Below are positions 49,308 to 56,435 of a stretch of DNA of 56,435 nt, in pieces (the first letter of the stretch is position 1; every line of letters begins with the position of its first letter). A program made the position numbers and the translations under genes. The notes beneath the pieces were generated by a model. It was not told the DNA's origin. It ran no database searches and saw nothing but the letters and a program-made list of their open reading frames with translations. Origin of the DNA: an uncultured bacterium (GTDB lineage: Bacteria > UBP14 > UBA6098); assembly GCA_964400105.1 (NCBI GenBank), contig CAYNTG010000004.1, forward strand, positions 1 to 56,435, in the 5' to 3' direction.

Positions 49308-49807
49308 TCTGCGATTTTCGGAAAAAGAAGATTCACGATATGGACGAGAAGGAAGGCATAAATCCCGGATACGATATCGTCCATCATGATGCCCCATCCG
49401 CCTGGAAGCCGTTTTTCGGCGGTGTTTGCAGGCGGAAGCTTGAGGATATCGTAAGCCCTGAAGGCCAAAAATGCGATAACCCATAAAACGATGCTCTTCG
49501 GAACGAGCATCACGGAAACCATGCTCCCTGCGACCTCGTCGATAACGACCTTAGAGGGGTCCTTGCCCCAGAACTTTTCAGCCTTCCCGGAAACGAGCAC
49601 ACCGAATAGCGTGATCGCGAGAAAAGCGACCCAGAATCCAAATACCTCCGTCGGGACGAACCACAAGATTACAAACGCAGCGAGGCTTCCCACCGTGCCG
49701 GGGGCGACAGGGGAATATCCGGTTCCGAAGAAGCTCGCAAATAATTTCCAGAAGAACCCGCCGGGCTTTGCCGGCGGTGCGTCCGAGGGCTTTTTGATCT
49801 TTAGCAT
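49286..49807 (-). CDS. pgpA: phosphatidylglycerophosphatase A
   Basis: 173 aa. FFGTGYSPVAPGTVGSLAA, VVIDEVAG, FRAYDILKLPPA, GGWGIMMDDIVSGIYA. Confidence 0.85.
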   Translation of the reverse strand: MLKIKKPSDAPPAKPGGFFWKLFASFFGTGYSPVAPGTVGSLAAFVILWFVPTEVFGFWVAFLAITLFGVLVSGKAEKFWGKDPSKVVIDEVAGSMVSVMLVPKSIVLWVIAFLAFRAYDILKLPPANTAEKRLPGGWGIMMDDIVSGIYAFLLVHIVNLLFPKIAEWTPWIS

Positions 49808-49813
49808 TTCGAT

Positions 49814-50878
49814 CTAACCGAACTGGAGTGCGCGCTCGAATTCTGCCGGGCTGCTGGCATTCGCGAGAGCGTCTTCATAGCTGACAAGATCGGCCTTATA
49901 CAGCTTCATTACCGCTTGATCGAAGGTCTGCATCCCATATTCGCCGGAGCCTTGTGAGATATAATAAGGAATATCCTCGCGCTTTTCGTCGTCGATTATG
50001 CAGGCACGGATCGTCTGGGTCAGGATAAGCACCTCCGGCGCGAGAACTCTACCAGAGTTGTCCTTTTTACGGATAAGCCTTTGCGAGATTATGCACTTAA
50101 GATTGGCCGCCAGCTTCGCCTTGACCTGCGCCTTGTCGGTATCTTCGAAGAAGCTGATCATCGAATTGATCGTTTCCTTTGTGTTGACCGTATGGAAAGA
50201 GGAAAGCACAAGATGGCCGGTTTCGGCGGCGCGTATCGCCGTTTGAACGGCTTCCTGGTCGCGAAGCTCTCCGATGAGGATCACATCCGGGTCCTCACGC
50301 ATTGCGGCGCGCATCGCGTCCTTGAACGAGGCTGAATCCACCCCGACCTCGCGCTGGTTGATAACGCTCTTGATATCTTGGTGGATGAACTCGATCGGGT
50401 CCTCGATAGTGATTATATGTCTGCGTTTATTTTTATTAATGTGATCGATCATCGCGGCTAATGTCGTGGATTTGCCGCTTCCCGTGACGCCCGTAACCAT
50501 GATCAATCCCCTCGGTTCGAGCACCATGTCCTTCGTAATCGGTGGAATGCCAAGATTTTCCATGTTCGGAATCACCAATGGAATATACCTCAGTGCTATC
50601 GAAAAATGCCCTCTCGACTTATAGATATTCACCCGAAAACGGGCACTATCCTCGATCGAATAGGTTGTGTCGATCTCGGTGAACGACGAAAAATGTCTGC
50701 CACGGGATTCATTTAAAAAGGTAAACGCGAGGGCGCTTGTGTCCTGAGGACGAAGAGGGGCCGATTTCGTGACGATAAGTTCGCCGAATATCCTGACCAC
50801 CGGCGGGCTTCCAACCTTGAAGTGGATATCGCTCGCTCCCTTTTTTATTACAGAAAGAAGGAAGTCGTTAAGATTCAT
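49814..50878 (-). CDS. pilT: type IV pilus retraction ATPase PilT family
   Basis: 354 aa. GASDIHF N-terminus, Walker A GVTGSGKSTT, plus ILIGELRD and GHLVLSSFHT. Confidence 0.9.
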   Translation of the reverse strand: MNLNDFLLSVIKKGASDIHFKVGSPPVVRIFGELIVTKSAPLRPQDTSALAFTFLNESRGRHFSSFTEIDTTYSIEDSARFRVNIYKSRGHFSIALRYIPLVIPNMENLGIPPITKDMVLEPRGLIMVTGVTGSGKSTTLAAMIDHINKNKRRHIITIEDPIEFIHQDIKSVINQREVGVDSASFKDAMRAAMREDPDVILIGELRDQEAVQTAIRAAETGHLVLSSFHTVNTKETINSMISFFEDTDKAQVKAKLAANLKCIISQRLIRKKDNSGRVLAPEVLILTQTIRACIIDDEKREDIPYYISQGSGEYGMQTFDQAVMKLYKADLVSYEDALANASSPAEFERALQFG

Positions 50879-50937
50879 TTTACGGCCCTCTTTATAGTTG
50901 CCATAAATACGATAACTGAAATACTACACAATTATAG

Positions 50938-50966
50938 TATATAATATTAAATATACTCCATGTCAA
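50938..50966 (-). promoter_or_regulatory. sigma70-type promoter of pilT (minus strand)
   Basis: On the minus strand: TTGACA (50966-50961), 17-nt spacer, TATATA (50943-50938). It lies about 60 nt upstream of ATG 50878. Confidence 0.5.
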
Positions 50967-50990
50967 ATAGTTATTCTACACTATTTTTTA

Positions 50991-53552
50991 TCATACGGGA
51001 ACATCGGCAAATTTCATCTCGTCCAAAACGCTCAAATCCTTGATTAGCACCTCGCGAGCCTTGGATCCCTGAAAAGGCCCGACAACTCCCGCCTGCTCGA
51101 GCTGATCGATGATGCAACCCGCGCGCGTATATCCAACCCTAAGCTTTCTCTGAAGAAAACTCGTCGATCCCTGCTGATACATCACAATGATCTTCGCCGC
51201 TTCCCAGAATAGATCGTCCTGCTCCGCCTGCATGGATATCGAGCGTTCACGTTCATCTAAATCGAGCATATCGTCCGGATATGGATTCGGATATGTCCTC
51301 AGGTAGTTAACTACTCGCTCCGTTTCCTCCGTCGTGATGAGGCATCCGTGAATCCGCACCGGGTCGGCATATCCGCTCGGAAGATAGAGCATATCACCCC
51401 TTCCGAGAAGCCTTTCGGCGCCGCCCATATCCAATATCGTTCTGCTGTCGATCTTGCTGCGCACCTTGAATGCGATGCGGCTCGGGAAATTCGCCTTGAT
51501 AAGACCGGTGATAACATCGACGCTCGGACGCTGGGTGGCTATTATAAGATGGATACCTACGGCGCGTGCCATCTGGGCGATCCGCGCGATAGGCTCCTCG
51601 ATCTCGCCGGAAACAGTAACCATCAAATCCGCCATCTCATCCACGACAATGACGATATACGGCAGCTTCTCGAGACCCATATCCTTATTCGACTCGATAT
51701 GGCTGTTGTAATCGGCGATGGATCGGACACCGGCGGCGCTGAGCTTCTTATATCTCGCGTCCATCTCCGCCGTTGCCCAATTGAGCGCGACGCTCGCGTG
51801 TTTCGGCTCTACGATGATAGGTGCGGCGAGATGCGGTATTCCCTTGTAAACCGAAAGCTCGAGCCGCTTCGGATCGATCAACACAAGCCGAACGTCCTCC
51901 GGGCTTTTCGAGTATATTAAACTTGTTAATAACGTATTGATGCATACGGATTTACCGCTGCCGGTCGCACCGGCTATCAGAAGGTGCGGCATTCTTGTCA
52001 GGTCGGCGATAGCGGGGGTTCCGTCCACCCTTTTGCCAAGTGCGAGTGGCAGTTTGAATTTCGAGTTCTGGAAATCATTTGTGGCGAGTTCAGATTTAAT
52101 ACGAACGGTCTGGTAATTGGCGTTCGGTACCTCGATTCCTACGACTCCCTTGCCCGGTATCGGCGCAACGATGCGAATATCCTGCGCCTTGAGTGCGAGC
52201 GCGAGATCGTCCGCGAGGTTCGATATGCGGCTCACCTTGATGCCGACTGCCGGTTTGAGTTCGAACCGCGTGATCACCGGACCTGGACATATCGCGCGAA
52301 TCTCGCCATCGACATTGAAACTGCGAAGGGTTTCAATCAATTGTTGTGAAAGCTTGTGCAGCGTTATATCCGATACGCTGTCGGGATTGTGTTCCGGTTC
52401 GATAAGGATGTCGAGTGGTGGAGGTGTGTATTTATATGGGCCTTTCGGTCTCGATGGCGGCGCCGTTTTGGTTTTCGAGGCGCTGACGATCGTATTTTTC
52501 TTAACCCTCTTTGTGGGTGCCGTTTTCGGTGTATCATCGGAGATAAGCGGCTCGGGCAGCGGCGGTTCGTGGCTGATCACCGGCATCGATTCCACGGATT
52601 CCGGATCGAGCGGTGGAATTTTAAGCGGTGGAATTCGATCCTTCTTTGCCACGACCTCGTGGATCAGCTTTTTTGGATAGATGGTCTCTACCGGGCCGGA
52701 TGGCGGTGGCGGCGATGCTTCGACCTTCTTATCGGCCTCTGAATGGCTCGAATCGAATAGGCTCGTCCTCTTTATCGGCGGAGGGATAAACTCCATGAAC
52801 GATGAACTCCCGTGTTCGCTGTGTTTTTGCAGTTCCTCGACCGGTTCCGGGATCGGTTCGTCGGCGTGAATCTTCGGTATCTCGCCGGGGATAATGCTTC
52901 CAGTGATTCCGACGCGGGATCGTTCGGCCACTGCTTTTTTATTATATTTATCGAATATCTCGGCGCGCGAGACCTCTCGGCGCGAAACGCGCCTCTTCTT
53001 TATGCCGGAAAACCACCTTTTTGTGTTTAATGCGCCCCTTCCGGCGGCTCTTATCGAACCGTTTATATCGAGCCGTGTGACCACGGCAACAAAACCGAGG
53101 AAAAGAACTATCGCTGCGACATACGCCCCGAACGATCCGAAAACCGATATCAGAGAATTGGCCAATGTGTTGCCATAATTTCCGACGAGATCGATGGATA
53201 GACCACTTTTCGGAAGACCGAGAAGCCCTGCGAGTATGGCGTGGCAAACGATAATCTTGCCGCCGGCTATGAGTGTTTTTCGAGTCTTCGAGCGGGAAGC
53301 CCTAGCGATCGATAAGCCGATCATCAATATTGCAATCACCACGCCGGAGTATCCGAGTATCGGGTTAAGCCAGTTTGAAACAAGCTCTCCGGCCGGTCCT
53401 CCGGGGTTATTCCGGTCGTTGATTAACCGGCCGGTCGATCCCGGTGCCCCGCCGATTATCGATATACCGAGCCAGATTGCGAATACAAAAAGCATGGCGG
53501 AGGCGATAATGCCACGTGCGCGGTTGTCGATCTGTTGTGTGGATTTTGCCAT
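50991..53552 (-). CDS. ftsK: DNA translocase FtsK
   Basis: 853 aa. Four to five N-terminal TM segments and a Pro-rich linker. Walker A GATGSGKS, Walker B IVVVDEMADL, C-terminal gamma winged-helix STSFLQRKLRVGYTRAGCIIDQLE. Confidence 0.93.
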   Translation of the reverse strand: MAKSTQQIDNRARGIIASAMLFVFAIWLGISIIGGAPGSTGRLINDRNNPGGPAGELVSNWLNPILGYSGVVIAILMIGLSIARASRSKTRKTLIAGGKIIVCHAILAGLLGLPKSGLSIDLVGNYGNTLANSLISVFGSFGAYVAAIVLFLGFVAVVTRLDINGSIRAAGRGALNTKRWFSGIKKRRVSRREVSRAEIFDKYNKKAVAERSRVGITGSIIPGEIPKIHADEPIPEPVEELQKHSEHGSSSFMEFIPPPIKRTSLFDSSHSEADKKVEASPPPPSGPVETIYPKKLIHEVVAKKDRIPPLKIPPLDPESVESMPVISHEPPLPEPLISDDTPKTAPTKRVKKNTIVSASKTKTAPPSRPKGPYKYTPPPLDILIEPEHNPDSVSDITLHKLSQQLIETLRSFNVDGEIRAICPGPVITRFELKPAVGIKVSRISNLADDLALALKAQDIRIVAPIPGKGVVGIEVPNANYQTVRIKSELATNDFQNSKFKLPLALGKRVDGTPAIADLTRMPHLLIAGATGSGKSVCINTLLTSLIYSKSPEDVRLVLIDPKRLELSVYKGIPHLAAPIIVEPKHASVALNWATAEMDARYKKLSAAGVRSIADYNSHIESNKDMGLEKLPYIVIVVDEMADLMVTVSGEIEEPIARIAQMARAVGIHLIIATQRPSVDVITGLIKANFPSRIAFKVRSKIDSRTILDMGGAERLLGRGDMLYLPSGYADPVRIHGCLITTEETERVVNYLRTYPNPYPDDMLDLDERERSISMQAEQDDLFWEAAKIIVMYQQGSTSFLQRKLRVGYTRAGCIIDQLEQAGVVGPFQGSKAREVLIKDLSVLDEMKFADVPV

Positions 53553-53721
53553 TTATATATCTCTCGATGCCGGGACGGGGACTCCCGTCCTTCGGCCTAT
53601 CAGGGGGTCGATACACTATCTGCTTTTCAATATATGAATTTTTTAATACAGTGTCAACAACGAACTTAGATTAAATACTAAAAGTAATGGTTTAAGGAGT
53701 GGGGGTTACTTAATGATGCTT

Positions 53722-53772
53722 CCCGAAGTAGAATTAACCCGGCGAACGGTCGATATCGAACGCCGGGTTAAT
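53722..53772. terminator. perfect 13-bp hairpin, possible terminator downstream of hpt
   Basis: AATTAACCCGGCG (53722-53734) pairs with CGCCGGGTTAATT (53751-53763), with a 16-nt loop. A T-run (AGATTTTTTT) follows on the plus strand only. On the minus (hpt) strand the trailing sequence is not U-rich. Confidence 0.4.
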
Positions 53773-53790
53773 TAGATTTTTTTGGAATAT

Positions 53791-54315
53791 TTATATGGCC
53801 TTTAAATATCCGACATAGGGGAGGCCCCTGTGCATTTCGTTGTAATCTAAGCCGAAGCCCACCACGAATTTATCAGGAATCTTGAATGCATAATAATCCA
53901 CCGGAAGATCGAACGGCCTATCGATATCTTTAAGAAGCAAAGTCGCGATTTTGACAGAAAGCGGGTTACGTTGTTCGAGGAGCTTTTTTAGATTAAACAG
54001 GGTGAGACCGGTATCGACTATATCCTCGACGAGTATCACGTGGCGGCCACCGATCGGGTTGTCGAGGTCTTTTGTGATCTTGATGTCGCCGGACGATTTG
54101 GTTCCTTTATAGCTCGAAGCCCCGACGAAATCGACATTAAACGGCGTGTGGATGTCCCGGACGAGGTCGGCTGCGAAGACAAATCCACCCTTCAGAACGA
54201 CGGCGATTATTGGATTTTCCCCCCAGTAATCTTGATCTATCTGTGCAGCGACCTGCACAATCCGACCCTCGATTTCTTTGCGATCTAAAAGCTTTTCGAT
54301 AACGTAGTTTTCCAT
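53791..54315 (-). CDS. hpt: hypoxanthine(-guanine) phosphoribosyltransferase
   Basis: 174 aa. PRPP-binding motif VILVEDIVDTGLT, plus YWGENPIIAVVLKGGFVF. Confidence 0.9.
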   Translation of the reverse strand: MENYVIEKLLDRKEIEGRIVQVAAQIDQDYWGENPIIAVVLKGGFVFAADLVRDIHTPFNVDFVGASSYKGTKSSGDIKITKDLDNPIGGRHVILVEDIVDTGLTLFNLKKLLEQRNPLSVKIATLLLKDIDRPFDLPVDYYAFKIPDKFVVGFGLDYNEMHRGLPYVGYLKAI

Positions 54316-54339
54316 AGAACTCCTTAAAAAGTCATGTTT

Positions 54340-55650
54340 TCACAATATTATCTTCGATAATTCGCCTTCATATCCGACCCTTATATCGAAAAGTCCCGGA
54401 TCGCGCCCAATTTTCCCGGTAATGGGCGAGAATATCGGTGTTTTCCCTGAGAAAAGCACCGGAACAACGTCGCGTAGTAGGCGCGGGACGCCCTTTCGCG
54501 CAAGGAAGCGCCGAAGTTTGCGCCCGGTATCGATAGTGTCGCCAGGACGCGCCGGACGAAGTGACAAAGCGCCTTCGTCGTAAGGAACTCGCACGCCATT
54601 TCCCTCTTCCGATATGGATATCCGTCCCATTCCGTCGGGCAATTCCCACTCGAATGGTAGTTGTAATGAGAATTCGCATTGGTTAAGCGGCTCCATAAAA
54701 ACGAAAAGTAATTTTCCGTCGATCTCGATATGCAAACCGCCGCCGATCGGGTATCTTCGGCCTTTTCTCGAAATCGTCGCGTTGTGGTAAAGGCGCATCA
54801 CGGTGTCGAAATCGAGATTGGAAAGCGGCACGCCGAATTTCTTTATACATCGTCGCAATATCTCGCCGAAACCCCATGGCGTCTTCGTTGCGCGATTCGA
54901 ATCGAAAACTGAAATACCGTCAAATGTAGCGATCCCGGCCGCGCAGAAAAGGTGCTCTGCGGCGTCTTCGAGAAATTCTGATGAAGCTGCGAATATGTCC
55001 GCCTCGCGACGCAGCCGTTCGACCACGCCGTCGCCGAAAACACGCTTCATCTCCGGCAACAGCATCCAGCGCACGCGGTTACGGCTGAACCTCAGGTCGA
55101 GATTGGATTCGTCCTCGCGCCATTTGCGTCCTTTCGATTTGAGCCATTCTCGAAGCTCGTTTCGCCATAGATCGAGCAAGGGTCGAACGATATTGTCCCT
55201 TTGTTTCGGAATCCCGGAAAGGCCGCGCGGGCCGGAGCCGCGTGCGAGGTTGAAGAGCAGCGTCTCGACGACGTCGCCGGCGTTGTGTGCCGTCATAACG
55301 ATCTCGCCGCGATCGGTGAACTCCGAGAATATAGCATATCGAAGATCGCGTGCGGCCTCCTCGATACCGAGGCCGTGTTCGTCCGCGAATCCCGGCGCAT
55401 CGACTTCTCGAACATCGAGCGGGACACCGATTTCATCGCAAATCTCGCGGACGAATGCCGCGTCGGCCACGCCCTCTTCGCGGATTCCGTGCACGATGTG
55501 AAGCGCGGCGATCTCGAAATCGCGTTCGATGGAGTTTGCAAGATAGAGAAGTGCCACCGAATCGGCGCCGCCGGAAAGCGCGATGCGGACGGTTTTCCCC
55601 GACAAGTCGAAGGACTCGACGGCATTTTTGAATCGTTTGAGAAGGTTCAA
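54340..55650 (-). CDS. tilS: tRNA(Ile)-lysidine synthetase
   Basis: 436 aa. PP-loop ALSGGADSVAL. HNAGDVVETLLFNLARG is typical of TilS. It lies adjacent to hpt, as in many bacteria. Confidence 0.88.
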   Translation of the reverse strand: MNLLKRFKNAVESFDLSGKTVRIALSGGADSVALLYLANSIERDFEIAALHIVHGIREEGVADAAFVREICDEIGVPLDVREVDAPGFADEHGLGIEEAARDLRYAIFSEFTDRGEIVMTAHNAGDVVETLLFNLARGSGPRGLSGIPKQRDNIVRPLLDLWRNELREWLKSKGRKWREDESNLDLRFSRNRVRWMLLPEMKRVFGDGVVERLRREADIFAASSEFLEDAAEHLFCAAGIATFDGISVFDSNRATKTPWGFGEILRRCIKKFGVPLSNLDFDTVMRLYHNATISRKGRRYPIGGGLHIEIDGKLLFVFMEPLNQCEFSLQLPFEWELPDGMGRISISEEGNGVRVPYDEGALSLRPARPGDTIDTGRKLRRFLARKGVPRLLRDVVPVLFSGKTPIFSPITGKIGRDPGLFDIRVGYEGELSKIIL

Positions 55651-55929
55651 TGGATACCTCGTTAATTCAAAAGATAACCAAAGGAGTGCGGGCGGGCAAG
55701 CGATTTTAAATTACCGATTGGAATATAGATTTCAGGATTGCCTTGCGCTTTCTGGCTGTTCAATACGGACTACGTGCCGGACAGGGATTTTGAATACATT
55801 ATTCCGGCACGCACGGATTCCCCGCCACGCTCGCGCTGGCCCTCGAAAGTGAGTTATGAATTATTATTGCGCTAGGAGGGGAAATGTATATATTTAAAAA
55901 GGAAAGAAAAGGTTTAATCTAACTATAAA

Positions 55930-56418
55930 ATGATGCAACTAACAGATAACGAAATAGAGAAGCTTATATCGGAATCAAAAACTTGGCCGGGACGCCATAA
56001 AATCACGTTCAAAAGAGAAGCTGGTCATAAGAGAGCCGGAAAGGAACTCGAAACGCGTTCCGATAATAGATTCAACGTATTTATAAGGCAGAATGCACGC
56101 GATCCTCTGGATTTTTCTGTCGGCCTAGTTTATATGGATCGAACTACTGGCGAGAAAATTCATCTTCTAAGGTGTAACGGCCCTTCGCATCGACATCCTA
56201 ATAAAATCGAAGGGAATGATGTAGATTTTACTTTTCACGTGCATCAAGCGACTGAAAGATATATTATCGCAGGAAAGGAAGCGGAAGGTTGGGCATCCGG
56301 AACCGACGAATATAAGGATTTAGATTCTGCGCTTGCATATTTCGCAAAACGTGCTAATATTCAACCAGTTCCATATATAAAAAAAGCACCGCCGGAAAAA
56401 CCGAGTTTATTCGAATGA
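55930..56418 (+). CDS. hypothetical protein (AT-rich orphan with His-rich motifs)
   Basis: 162-aa ORF at the window edge, AT-rich, with no signal peptide. It contains CNGPSHRHPN and FTFHVHQATERY. No family assignment is possible by eye. Confidence 0.45.
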   Translation: MMQLTDNEIEKLISESKTWPGRHKITFKREAGHKRAGKELETRSDNRFNVFIRQNARDPLDFSVGLVYMDRTTGEKIHLLRCNGPSHRHPNKIEGNDVDFTFHVHQATERYIIAGKEAEGWASGTDEYKDLDSALAYFAKRANIQPVPYIKKAPPEKPSLFE

Positions 56419-56435
56419 CGGAATTCTTGTACGAA

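Overview
56.4-kb chromosomal segment of an uncultivated, moderately GC-rich bacterium. It is probably from the FCB superphylum, because five secreted proteins carry type IX secretion (T9SS) C-terminal sorting domains. No T9SS machinery, rRNA, tRNA, CRISPR array, integrase or transposase was seen.

The window covers the replication-origin neighbourhood. On the minus strand lie dnaA-dnaN-recF-DUF721-gyrB-lipoprotein-pcrA. The ~370-bp very AT-rich dnaN/dnaA spacer is the best oriC candidate. Other housekeeping genes present are pth, hppA, DUF1015, phoH2, gpsA, lon, a sugar nucleotidyltransferase, recA, thpR, cinA, pgpA, pilT, ftsK, hpt and tilS.

Three kinds of accessory content are interspersed:
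1. Large modular T9SS cargo proteins built from repeated units: an unassigned PPxPP/FFPLDDP/DIRS module, Ig-like domains, CarboxypepD_reg-like domains, FN3, and a 7-fold W-x-D-x-R..DIYG repeat.
2. A MITE-like intergenic repeat family with GAGATTGCTGA terminal inverted repeats. One copy sits with an AATTA duplication exactly in the thpR-recA junction.
3. The most interesting item: an AT-rich two-gene islet (13.5-15.4 kb) between hppA and DUF1015. It encodes a translationally coupled ABC-type (AAA_21-like) ATPase and a small Toprim-signature protein. This is a split-OLD / PARIS-like architecture and a candidate anti-phage module.

All domain calls come from motifs read by eye in the supplied translations. 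No database search was run.
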